From: Methanobacteriota archaeon
GTDB taxonomy: Archaea > Halobacteriota > Bog-38 > Methanoflorentales > Methanoflorentaceae
Reading direction: 5' to 3'
DNA: 64,000 nucleotides
NCBI GenBank assembly: GCA_963720465.1
Contig: OY970393.1
Coordinates: forward strand, 1,248,001-1,312,000
How positions within the stretch are numbered: position 1 is the stretch's first letter; every line of letters begins with the position of its first letter. Shown one piece after another: positions 23,200 to 32,575 of the stretch. The notes beneath the pieces were generated by a model. That model was not told the DNA's origin. It made no database searches and saw nothing but the letters and a program-made list of their open reading frames with translations. The position numbers and the translations under genes are program-made.

Positions 23200-23694
23200 C
23201 GCCGATAGATGGGCAAGATTCTGAAGGCGTGCGCGCGGCGCGAGTGACGCACGGCGCTGCGTCACGTTGAAGCGCCTCAGATCTGCGTGCGTCTCACTCG
23301 TGCTTCACCATCGCGTACCATCAGCGCTGTACCGCGACCAGAGTCTATCTGGGGCGCACGCTCGAGAATTCCATCCTGACTCACCACGATTAGGAGTCTC
23401 GGATAGAGATGGTTAAGCCTCACCCATCAGTAGCGACAGCAACATCTCGGCTACAAAATAGCATGGCAGTCATGTTTTTGCCAAAAAAAAATCGGTACCT
23501 TCCAAGTGAGCCTTCTCAACAGAGACCGTCAGCTAAAGAAAATTGAAAAAAAAGAAATAACGAGCCAAGAACTACGGAACGGGTAAAAGAAGCACGCAGT
23601 GCTATCCCTAAGTCTTTTGCTAACTCGCCTTCACGCGAGGGCGACAGAAAAAATGTCACGCGCATTTAAGAACGATGTAATTTTGGAAGATGTC

Positions 23695-24171
23695 ATGGAT
23701 AAAATTGAACAAAAATTCAAGGATTATCTAACTGACATAGGTGCTTGGCAGTATTACGAGGACGTCGATTATTTTGTTCGCGAAGCCACATTGCCCCCTC
23801 TTAAAGACATTCACGACATCCTCATAACAAATTATCCACAAGATGGCCAGATCGTGCCTGAAGATTTATGGATGTTTTGTGACGGCTATTGCGTGAAAGT
23901 AAAAGACTTCTCAAAGGTAGCCGAAGAACCGGAGATGATTGAGCTAAGGTCACTGAAAGGCGAAGCCAGATCTGTTCATATTACGAAACAGAATTACAGC
24001 TTCCTCCAAACCGAATCTCGACGACACCAAGAACTCCCGAAGCCGAGGCTCGAACTATCAATCAAACTAGAAAATGACCAGACCTTCGATTTCAAAGCGA
24101 TAGAATCTGCAAATTGTAGGCATTTACTTGAAATCTATAAGCAGCATTTTGTGCCGCTGTTCCCAGTTTAG
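23695..24171 (+). CDS. hypothetical protein
   Basis: AT-rich ORF with globular-looking composition; start uncertain (23653 or 23695). Confidence 0.6.
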   Translation: MDKIEQKFKDYLTDIGAWQYYEDVDYFVREATLPPLKDIHDILITNYPQDGQIVPEDLWMFCDGYCVKVKDFSKVAEEPEMIELRSLKGEARSVHITKQNYSFLQTESRRHQELPKPRLELSIKLENDQTFDFKAIESANCRHLLEIYKQHFVPLFPV

Positions 24172-24409
24172 GCCGTCGCTTGCTTCCTGAGCTGTCGTTT
24201 TTATCCTCATAGAGGTCCATTCCAAGGGGTTGTCGTTATCTTTGCCGACCTGCTCAAAAATTGCGAACGCTTGACCGCATGCGGTCGACGATTTGCCGGT
24301 TTGTCTACTGATTTCTTTACACTGCCGTGCCGCGATTTGTGCTTCAACGTGCTTCAACGTAGGCAAGACGTATAAAACATCACAATACACGTGAGATTTG
24401 GGAGTGCGC

Positions 24410-24610
24410 ATGGAAGTCAAAGGCGATACAGACGTTCGCTACCTCGTCGGCAAGAAGGGAAATAAAACGGATGTCGTGCTCACCTTAGAGGAATACGAGG
24501 AGCTCATCGAAGATATCCACGACCTTTCGGTCGCGCTTGAACGCCAAAACGACAAACGAATTAGCTTGCGTGAGCTCGAAGAGCGACTCAAGGAAGATGG
24601 GCTCTTATAG
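24410..24610 (+). CDS. type II antitoxin (RelB/Phd-like)
   Basis: YLVGKKGNKTDVVLTLEEYEELIEDIHDL...ISLRELEERL; overlaps the toxin start. Confidence 0.75.
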   Translation: MEVKGDTDVRYLVGKKGNKTDVVLTLEEYEELIEDIHDLSVALERQNDKRISLRELEERLKEDGLL

Positions 24611-24785
24611 CGTTATTCTCAGTGAGAACGCGTACAGGGACTTAAAGAAGATAGACCGCCTGAAGCTCCCCCAGCAGCAGATTGTTCGCATTTTTAAGGC
24701 CGTCAAGTCGCTAGAGGACGATCCACGCTCGCGCGGCTGCAAGAAGCTCGAAGGAACGTCGATACCGCTCTACCGGATGCGCACT
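24597..24785 (+). pseudogene. RelE/ParE toxin, C-terminally truncated
   Basis: SYSVILSENAYRDLKKI...LEDDPRSRGCKKLEG...LYRMR; the expected (V)GDYRxxY segment is replaced by unrelated sequence. Confidence 0.75.
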
Positions 24786-25055
24786 AAGCGGTCCTTTAGG
24801 AATTTTGCCCGCCCCTTCCGGTCAAACGAGCCCACAAGGAGGTACGCCGAGATGAAGAAGAAGAGCGCCATCGCAAACGACCCAGCTATTGCCACAATCG
24901 TCCCGACGCCGACCACGTTCGCGAAGGGCAGCGGTCCGGGGGGGGCTCGGGACCCAGCCCTCGGCGTTGGGGATGTACGCCAAGCCGGAATGGATCAGGA
25001 TCACAAAAATAATCAGAACGATCTTGATATTGTCAAAGTAATAAAGGCGCTGCAT
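24780..25055 (-). pseudogene. acyltransferase_3 (OpgC/MdoC-like) N-terminal fragment
   Basis: RLYYFDNIKIVLIIFVILIHSGLAY; in a second frame FAMALFFFISAY...SFDRKGRAKFLKDRLVR. Confidence 0.7.
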
Positions 25056-25266
25056 GCGTGCCTCACCAGCACCTAGGTTTAATGAGCAGCCTTACCTTAA
25101 AATTTCCCTGATCATCTAGTGCTCGCTAAAACTGCCCGTGGCGGAGCGAACTAGAAGATACACGTGAGCGCCTCGGTCACGTGAGCGCCAGCTACTAAGG
25201 ATAACAATAAAAGGGCTAGCCGCCGTAAAGGATGAACGCTTCCTGCTAACGAACGACAAATGCATA

Positions 25267-25527
25267 GTGTTGTTTTTTACTCCGATGTCGGCAGCTCACT
25301 GGCAGGATCTACCTGACGATTATTCATTGTTGAAGTATGTACGCTTTAAGAAGATAGCTAAAGTACATACGGGTGCTTCCTATGAGCCAGACTTCGAGGC
25401 AACCGTAAAAAAGTGTGCCCGACGATTCTGGTTTCGTCCCGTACCGCTTAAGGGCAGCACATCGGTCGGGCATAGAAGCTATCAAAGCGCAAAAAACGGC
25501 ATAATCAACAAGGAGAATAAGCCATGA
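25267..25527 (+). pseudogene. C-terminal fragment resembling DUF1638 proteins
   Basis: FFTPM...KKIAKVHTGASYEPDFE...SYQSAK resembles methanogen DUF1638 C-termini; N-terminus absent. Confidence 0.4.
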
Positions 25528-26105
25528 AAAAATCCATAGGAGCCCACTCCGTAGTCTATCCCGCTCCGGTATTTGTGGTGGGAACGTATGATGAAGAGGG
25601 AAAACCAAATGTTATGACCGCAGCGTGGGGAGGAATTTGCTGTTCTGCACCGCCATGCGTCGCTGTTTCTTTGCTAGAAGCAACATATACGTATAGAAAC
25701 ATTTTGGAGCGAAAAGCCTTCACCATAAGCATCCCCTCAGAAAAATACGTCAAAGAAGCTGATTACTTTGGCATAGCGTCGGGAAAACACGTGGACAAGT
25801 TTGCTGTCACAGGACTGACACCAGCTAAAAGCGAAGTGGTGGACGCACCGTACGTCGATGAGTTCCCATTTGTTTTAGAGTGTCAATTGCTTCGAAGCGT
25901 CGAAATTGGGGGGCATACGCAGTTCATTGGTGAAATTAAAGACATAAAAGTGGATGAAGACTTAATCAAAGATGGTAACCCTCTCATAGAAAAAATAATG
26001 CCCCTAATATTTGGCATAGATAACTTCTCTTACTATGGGGTTGGAAAATACGTGGCGAAGGCCTTTTCCATCGGAAAGGAAATTGTGGGAAAAAATAACG
26101 AGTAG
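25524..26105 (+). CDS. flavin reductase family protein (flavoredoxin)
   Basis: [43 protein letters not shown]. Confidence 0.9.
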   Translation: MKKSIGAHSVVYPAPVFVVGTYDEEGKPNVMTAAWGGICCSAPPCVAVSLLEATYTYRNILERKAFTISIPSEKYVKEADYFGIASGKHVDKFAVTGLTPAKSEVVDAPYVDEFPFVLECQLLRSVEIGGHTQFIGEIKDIKVDEDLIKDGNPLIEKIMPLIFGIDNFSYYGVGKYVAKAFSIGKEIVGKNNE

Positions 26106-26352
26106 GATTCTCCCACAGATTAAGAGACTAATTTTCTTTTTTATTTGGGGTCTACTGTTTCTGTTTACTGTGACGGAGCTCAGCTTTTGCCTAAGCTTCG
26201 GACCCATACCTCTAGAAAAGGAAGTAGTCGGTGTAGTTAATATCCGACCCGCTAGTCTCAGGGGTTTCCTAGTAGTTACTGCCCTATGAATGATGAATGT
26301 TTTGAAATGGTTAAGGATAGTCACGTATAATCGTGTCGATGGGGACGTAAAA

Positions 26353-26742
26353 ATGAAACAAAAACTATCTCGACGAGAGATAGACGAATTATGTAAGGAC
26401 CTAACCCGGCACTCCAAAAGACTCCTTGAACGTGAGACAATTGACAGACTAGACGTCGATTTTGTCCAAGCCAAGGCAGAACATAACGCGGGCAACATCG
26501 AAGGCGGCTTTACACTGAAAGAGGATGTCCTGAGTAGACTACATGACTACGCCGCAGAAATCGAGGATGTGTTGTGCGGATTGAATATCCTTTCCGAACA
26601 AGGCGATGTGCCGGCGTTTGTGCGGCAGACTACGGCAGAATGTATCACGCTAAAGGCCGAGTGCGCAGAGTTGCTAACGAGGTTTGAAGACGAATGGCAA
26701 ACAAATTCATGGGCGTACTGGCGCAAATTGAATCGTGAATGA
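26353..26742 (+). CDS. hypothetical helical protein
   Basis: 129-aa ORF, ATG downstream of GGGGA. Confidence 0.5.
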   Translation: MKQKLSRREIDELCKDLTRHSKRLLERETIDRLDVDFVQAKAEHNAGNIEGGFTLKEDVLSRLHDYAAEIEDVLCGLNILSEQGDVPAFVRQTTAECITLKAECAELLTRFEDEWQTNSWAYWRKLNRE

Positions 26743-27189
26743 TTTTAACTCGGTTCCATCCTTTAGAGTCATACTCTTTTTAAGATACTCTTCTTGCAGG
26801 AGGTAAACTGCTCACTTAATACCCCCCCCGGTAGTTGCGGCGTAAAAGTACCCAATGTCTAAGTGGGTCTACCTATCATCGCGAGCATCGAACCGCTGCG
26901 CTTAACCGTTACCCACCCATAGTTACTCTCACTTGGGGAATAACACGGCACCCAGTCGTCGACCTTGACGTGGCGAAGTAGTGACAGAAGCCAAAGCATC
27001 TAATGGCTGCCTAGATCAAGCGACCTTCGCATGGGAAAAGACAAAAAACGGAGAACCGATCTTCTGATAATGTTCTCCTGCGGTAGGACTTCCGCTTACT
27101 TGTGAATAACCAGTTATTCCTCCTCGGTCGGTAGGTAATGTTATCGGGAGGCGCAACCAAACCCGCACATCGCACTTAGGAGAACGCAC

Positions 27190-27585
27190 ATGACCAGAAC
27201 AAGTCCAACCTGGGTGACGTATTGCAGAATATACGTCGACGCAAAGGGTGACTCGCACTTTGATACCGTGATGATCGAACAGAAGCTCGGGCGAGCAGCG
27301 CCACCAGCTGCCCCGTTTTACTTTTCCGAGGACAGACCCGCGTCGAAATATTGCTTCTATTCGTTTGAGCCCGGCTGGATCGGCGAACTGCATCCAGCTC
27401 CCACCCGACAGTTCCTTGCCTTGATGTCAGGTGCGGTGGAGATGGAGACCACAGACGGAACGGTCAGGCAGCTTGGGCCCGGGAACCTCATCCTGCTGGA
27501 AGACACGTCGGACAAGGGGCACGTGACGAGGAATATTGGAGACGGGTACGCCACGTTCCTCGTGGTTCCGGTCCCTGAGACCTGA
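27190..27585 (+). CDS. cupin-domain protein
   Basis: RIYVDAKGDSHF, HPAPTRQF, LLEDTSDKGHVTR. Confidence 0.85.
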   Translation: MTRTSPTWVTYCRIYVDAKGDSHFDTVMIEQKLGRAAPPAAPFYFSEDRPASKYCFYSFEPGWIGELHPAPTRQFLALMSGAVEMETTDGTVRQLGPGNLILLEDTSDKGHVTRNIGDGYATFLVVPVPET

Positions 27586-27827
27586 TATTATTCCGGAGAT
27601 ATTGTCTTCTCATCACCCCTTTCTTATGACGTTGCGGCCGGGGATACTGAGACCACTTTGGTAGAGGGAGGAGTTTAGCAATCGCCTCCATCAGGCGGAG
27701 GTCGATAGTCGCCTAACACCTGCCCCCCTTGATGCACGTCCCTCGTAACATAAAGTCACGACCAGTAGGTTTGAGCTATGGACGAGGCGGCAACTGGGTG
27801 AGCGACACGAGATTCATGTGAGTTGTC

Positions 27828-28562
27828 TCATCTCCATTTCGTAAGTATCTCCTCCCTGCGGAAGGTGGCTCTGCTTAAGAAAAACAAAAGCGCATCAATA
27901 ACCAGAATAATCGCAAAAATGATCGTCAGAGTGGCAGGCGTGAGTGATACGAAGCCTATCTCCAATGCAACATATATCACACCTAAGGGAAGCAAGACCA
28001 GCATTCCGAACTGCTGGGCAGCCCGTATGTCACTGACTCGTGCGGATATGATGACGTTGAACTCGCTGCTTAGGATGCTTATGAGCGGCACTGTGACCAG
28101 TAGGATAACTGCCATCGTCCAATTTGGGAAAAAGAGGTATCCGAGCCTGCCGCTCGTCACTCCGTCCATAAGAACCATAAAAATCACAGCACCGGCATAG
28201 GTCGCGACAATGGACGGCAGGAATGCAGAAAGAACTTTTCCCAGCAGGATCTCGGCATCGGTGGTTGGCGTTGCTAGCAGGGGTTCTAGGGTTTTCTCAA
28301 GCTTCTCGCCGACGATGCTGTAGGCACCAATACTTATGGGGAGGAGACCTGCCAAGATGACAAAGAAAAAGGAGAAGGCATTGAGCACGCTTAGAATAAG
28401 TGGCAACGGAGTCGTAGCTCTTCGAATGAGAAGCATCATGACACCGGGCAGTCCGATCGATATCAGTAACGGAACCACAACCAACGAATAGATAATGTAT
28501 CGTTTCGTCCTGAACGTGGCGAAATCCTTCCGTGCGATCACCCACGACTTCCACAGCTTCAT
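27828..28562 (-). CDS. ABC transporter permease
   Basis: YSIVGEKLEKTLEPLLATP..EILLGK; several TM helices. Confidence 0.9.
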   Translation of the reverse strand: MKLWKSWVIARKDFATFRTKRYIIYSLVVVPLLISIGLPGVMMLLIRRATTPLPLILSVLNAFSFFFVILAGLLPISIGAYSIVGEKLEKTLEPLLATPTTDAEILLGKVLSAFLPSIVATYAGAVIFMVLMDGVTSGRLGYLFFPNWTMAVILLVTVPLISILSSEFNVIISARVSDIRAAQQFGMLVLLPLGVIYVALEIGFVSLTPATLTIIFAIILVIDALLFFLSRATFRREEILTKWR

Positions 28563-29488
28563 CGTTCATCCCTCACGAGTTTCAGGTAGACCTCCTCGAG
28601 CGTTGCGTGCTTCTCAGTAATAAACTGGATGTGGCCGCCCGCTGCGACAATGGCTTCCATGATGCCGGGATTCTCCTTTTCAGGATCGCTCACGTCGATC
28701 ATCAATTTGTTACCATCAGTCACGACGTAGTTCAGCCCCTGCCTCTCGACCGCCGCTGTGATCGCGGGAGTAACTTGTGCAAGCTGAACCACCGTCTTTC
28801 TCCCCTCGAGCGATTCCGTGAGCTGTTCCGGATCGCCTACCGCAACGAGTCTGGTGTTTAAAATCCCAATTCTGTCACAGATCCGTTGCGCCTCGTCAAG
28901 GTTATGAGTGTTTAGAAAGATCGTCCGCTTCTCGTGTTTGAGTTCGAGGATGAAGTCTCGCACCGTTTTTTGGAACTCAGGATCGAGGTTCGCCGTCGGC
29001 TCATCGAGAAAGAGGACGCGCGGCTCGTGGATGAGTGCGCGGACGATGGCAAGCTTTTGCTTCATGCCCTTGGAAAAAGTTCTGACCGCACGATCCCGTA
29101 CCTCCCACAGCCCTAACATCCTGAGGAAGTGTTCGATCCTCTCCGTCCGTTGTGCTTCCGTGCACTCATAAAGGCGCCCATAAAAGTCGAGGTTGCGGTA
29201 CGCGCTCAGGTCTTCATAGAGACCAACGTTGTCAGGCATCACGCCAATGATCTTCCTGATCTTCTGGACATCCGCATCGTTTCCAACCTCATAATTGCCT
29301 ATCCTCGCCTCTCCGCTCGTCTTTGAGATGAGACATGCAAGCATCCGAATGGTCGTGGTCTTCCCTGCTCCGTTTGGTCCAAGAAAGCCAAAGACCTCTC
29401 CCTCTCCCACATGAAGGGTTAGATCCTCAACTGCTGTCACATCGCCAAACTTCCTCGTAAGGTTGCTCGTTTCAATCAAACCCAGCAC
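28559..29488 (-). CDS. ABC transporter ATP-binding protein
   Basis: GPNGAGKTT, FSKGM, FLDEPT, THNL. Confidence 0.95.
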   Translation of the reverse strand: MLGLIETSNLTRKFGDVTAVEDLTLHVGEGEVFGFLGPNGAGKTTTIRMLACLISKTSGEARIGNYEVGNDADVQKIRKIIGVMPDNVGLYEDLSAYRNLDFYGRLYECTEAQRTERIEHFLRMLGLWEVRDRAVRTFSKGMKQKLAIVRALIHEPRVLFLDEPTANLDPEFQKTVRDFILELKHEKRTIFLNTHNLDEAQRICDRIGILNTRLVAVGDPEQLTESLEGRKTVVQLAQVTPAITAAVERQGLNYVVTDGNKLMIDVSDPEKENPGIMEAIVAAGGHIQFITEKHATLEEVYLKLVRDER

Positions 29489-29719
29489 GCCCCGAACTCT
29501 GATTCACAGTGATCGCTTCCGAATGGTCTGTCTCTCTATCTCGCATCGGTCGTCGACGAATCTTTCAATCCGTCAGTGTAGCGTGAGGTGATGGTATAAA
29601 CGTTTTCATCTCATTTTGTCGTCGCAAGCGGATAATCACAACGATTAAGGTGCTTGCACTGACCCGATTCCATTATTCTACCCGAACCACATTACTGAGA
29701 CCTTTTCGCTGATGCTGCA

Positions 29720-30040
29720 TTGCCCAAACACGAGTTGCTGGCGATTCAGCGCAGCAAAATCTCTCTGCACCACGCAAAAACTGGTTACGACTACCCAACA
29801 ATACGGCTACCACACACATTTGCGAAAGTTGCTGGACTGTCTACACAAATCTATCAAACGGTGCACGAAGGGATGCTCGCGTTTCTAGTGGTTGCGTCGC
29901 CTAGAGGCATGTCAAAAAATACTGCCGAACATCTAACAACGACCTTGCTTGCTCAGAATCCTCCGTCTTCACACGGCGGAGGTCGCCGATTCGAATCCGG
30001 CCGGGCCCATTGGTTTTTTTTGGATGATTTGGTCGATTAG
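29720..30040 (+). CDS. small YxxPxIRLP-family protein, copy A1 (putative AbrB-like), 3' end runs into a tRNA fragment
   Basis: SKISLHHAKTGYDYPTIRLPHTFAKVAGLSTQIYQTVHEGMLAFLVV; clear paralog of 38253.. and 29969..; probably frameshifted near both ends. Confidence 0.65.
   Translation: MPKHELLAIQRSKISLHHAKTGYDYPTIRLPHTFAKVAGLSTQIYQTVHEGMLAFLVVASPRGMSKNTAEHLTTTLLAQNPPSSHGGGRRFESGRAHWFFLDDLVD
29963..30009 (+). tRNA. 3' half of tRNA-Val(CAC), att-like fragment (not an intact tRNA)
   Basis: CCGTC-TTCACAC-GGCGG anticodon arm, AGGTC variable loop, GCCGA-TTCGAAT-CCGGC T arm (one mismatch), CGGGCCC-A acceptor strand; no D arm or 5' acceptor strand upstream. Confidence 0.85.
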
Positions 30041-30289
30041 ACCGCAATATAGATCCGAATTATTATGGTTCCCGTGACTTGCCGATTTGTCTAATTTGTC
30101 TAAACTGTCTAAATGAGGCGCAATAAAGAAACCGGCAAGGCCGTTAAATTCCATTTGATAGATACTCACAGTTTTCCCGGCAAACTCTTTGGATGCTCTT
30201 GGCAAGCGAATAAGCGGAAACGCGTACGTTGGATTAGAGGATTGAAGCGAGACTTTTGTGGTAAAAACTTTCTTCACGGCGGAATTCAT
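29969..30289 (-). CDS. small YxxPxIRLP-family protein, paralog B, convergent on the tRNA fragment
   Basis: TKVSLQSSNPTYAFPLIRLPRASKEFAGKTVSIYQMEFNGLAGFFI; the tail MGPAGFESATSAV is the antisense tRNA. Confidence 0.65.
   Translation of the reverse strand: MNSAVKKVFTTKVSLQSSNPTYAFPLIRLPRASKEFAGKTVSIYQMEFNGLAGFFIAPHLDSLDKLDKSASHGNHNNSDLYCGLIDQIIQKKPMGPAGFESATSAV
30014..30021 (+). terminator. oligo-T archaeal terminator-like tract after the tRNA fragment
   Basis: Run of 8 T a few nt downstream of the discriminator base. Confidence 0.5.
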
Positions 30290-30384
30290 CGTGTATCTAC
30301 CCGATCTAAAAGATCAAATCTGAATTGTGTGTCAAACAAATAGTTTTATTTGTCGCCGAACCTAAAGTCTTCTCTTTGAAAGCG

Positions 30385-30966
30385 ATGGCAATTGAAACGC
30401 GAATGACGATTTTGGGTAAGTTTTTGCTTTTTATCGGTGCATATATTCCCGTCTTGCTGTTGTTGATTATAAAATCGGCTTCAGCTTTGACGTTTGATTT
30501 TTGCTTTTCGGCTTCAGTTTGTTTATTTCTTGTCATAGCAAGCCTAATTTTCTGGATGTACTTTCTCCGCGACGCCGAACGGCAGACAGGTTCTATCTTT
30601 AACATTAAAGAATGCCAGAATCAAGCAGCTAAGCCTCTAAATTATTTAATCCCCTACATTTTGGCATTAGTTGGTCTCAGTCTCGGCAGCATTCAAGATT
30701 TGATCGTTTTAATAGTCCTACTTGTTTGGTTGTTCATTGTCTATTCGAAATCTGACGTACTCTTTTCTGAAGTATTATTCTTCAATCCAATGTTTTACTT
30801 GAGCGGTTACCAAATGTATCAGGTCAAAGCCTATTCCCCCGGTGTTAACGAAAACCAAGCTTCCGGAGCATTACTGATTTCAAGAAAAAAGCTTGCAGCC
30901 TTACCAACGCCGATAAGCGTTAAAGAACTGGATACCGGCGTCATTATGGATATCAGCAAGACGTGA
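30385..30966 (+). CDS. kwaA: Kiwa anti-phage system membrane protein KwaA-like
   Basis: KFLLFIGAYIPV, NYLIPYIL, FNPMFYLSGYQMY motifs; TM helices; directly upstream of a DUF4868-like gene; AT-rich. Confidence 0.7.
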   Translation: MAIETRMTILGKFLLFIGAYIPVLLLLIIKSASALTFDFCFSASVCLFLVIASLIFWMYFLRDAERQTGSIFNIKECQNQAAKPLNYLIPYILALVGLSLGSIQDLIVLIVLLVWLFIVYSKSDVLFSEVLFFNPMFYLSGYQMYQVKAYSPGVNENQASGALLISRKKLAALPTPISVKELDTGVIMDISKT

Positions 30967-30970
30967 GAGC

Positions 30971-31908
30971 ATGTCAGAAATCAATAAGATTAAGCAGTTC
31001 CTTGAGAGCGCAGATCCGGATAATGCTCAGTTCTTTTTTGTGAAGCGAGGCCAAGCCGGTTCTGACTATAAATACACAATTCTAAAAGCTAATATTGAAC
31101 CCAATCTTGCGCAAGAACTTCTTAACATCGGCACTGGGCAAGCAGAGAAGCTAAGTAACGAGGCCGAACAACGAGAGTATCCGGGCCCTCTGAGTTTTGA
31201 CCGATTATACGTCTTAACCAGGAAAGTTAGAAACGTTCCATATCTGGAATCAGTGCTGAGTAAACTAGCTGCGGTCGGATCAGAACCCTTCGTAGAGACT
31301 GTAAAAAATATCAGGGGATATGCACTAAGATTGCAAAGTGTAGACACGTCCCTTTATTTGTTCAAAAAATATCCTCAGATGAAAGGTGTACGAAGAAAAA
31401 AGTGGGTCGCCTTCAAGAAAGGGAAATTAATACTCGTCGATGAAGCGCCATTAATGATTTTTATGGACTACGACGCAGCAATCTTGTTGCAACAGTCAAC
31501 GTTAGCCGATGAGACTGTTTGCATTTTCAATGTGCGCAAGTTTGAGTCGTTGTTTAGTTTCTACCAATATTACCGAAATAAACTGGAACAAATAGGGGCA
31601 CGACTACCGGTTCAATCATTCTTAGATGATAGCCAGTTATTCCTTAAACATTGCATGAAAGATCCAGCGAAACTAAGGAAAATGTACACGATTCTTGAAG
31701 GTGGCGACTTAGAAAAAATAAGGTAGACAAGCTTGACCGAATAATAACTAGATACGACATAGGATTAGACCACGATGATCAAACGGGCAAGATCAAGGTA
31801 ACTGAAGAAAAAATGTGGAAAATACTCGGCTTGCTGAATGACGATTATGTTCAATCTACTCGCACCGGCACAAGATATGAAGCGCGAAGCAAAGTGAGGT
31901 TGCGATGA
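30971..31908 (+). pseudogene. kwaB: Kiwa KwaB-like (DUF4868) protein, 1-nt frameshift at about 31720
   Basis: IFNVRKFESLFSF; after the slip the frame continues VDKLDRII...ILGLLNDDYVQSTRTGTRYEARSKVRLR*, the characteristic DUF4868 C-terminal motif. Confidence 0.72.
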
Positions 31909-32575
31909 ATCGTTTAACTCTTTGCCACAGTAGATAGCTCGCTATGGATATCTGAGTTGCACGCCTAGCTATTTTTTATATCTTCTTTGGCTCTTTCACA
32001 AATCATAAGCCCCCCTTGACGCCAATGGGGTCGAGAATTCCGTTTATTTTTACCTCCGAAGCCGCAGCGCTCCTGAGAGATCGCCAGCAGCTTCAAGATG
32101 ACCGCTCTTAAAAATAAGATCTTGGGCGATTATCTTGTTGGTCTCTTTCACTATCGCTTCGACTTTCTTGGGCGAGCCTTGGTGAACAGCTTTTGATTTA
32201 TAGCGTTATTGACCCGAAATATTGTTGCCAAAGATGCTGGGCCCGCTCTCAAGCTCAGTTCAGTGCTTCCGTGTGCCCCCAATTGACTTTAAAGAAAGGC
32301 TATGCGCTTTGTGTTTCGACAAGTTCAACGATCTGCTATCGAAGATGCTGGAACCTACCTCCCAGAATTCATGGGCCGATCCGCATTTGCACGATTACAG
32401 AAAGTGAGGGAGTGAAACTGTGCCGCTTGCGATGTCCTTCTTCATACCTCTAAATTTCTGACGTGTCCATCGACGGTTGGGAGCCAAATGTAATCATCGC
32501 AATGCCGGTTGCGATTTTCAAGTGCTTAAGGACACCGAGTGCGGATTTACCCAGAAATCACCTTCGCGATTTTGC

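Noticed and set aside
24339-25189. Short duplications (GTGCTTCAAC x2 at about 24339; CACGTGAGCGCC x2 at 25161 and 25178) as a CRISPR or repeat array
   Set aside because: Only two short copies each with no spacer structure; consistent with slippage.
29860-30009. Intact or intron-containing tRNA-Val
   Set aside because: No convincing 5' acceptor strand or D arm. The loosely similar GCTCGCGTTTCTAGTGGTT upstream encodes LAFLVV of gene A and is not conserved in copy A2.
30270-30283. TCTTCACGGCGGA as a third att copy
   Set aside because: It lacks two bases of the anticodon loop and is the antisense of the first codons of gene B; probably coincidental.
31950-32450. Possible third defence gene downstream of Kiwa
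   Set aside because: Only short interrupted frames with no recognisable motif.
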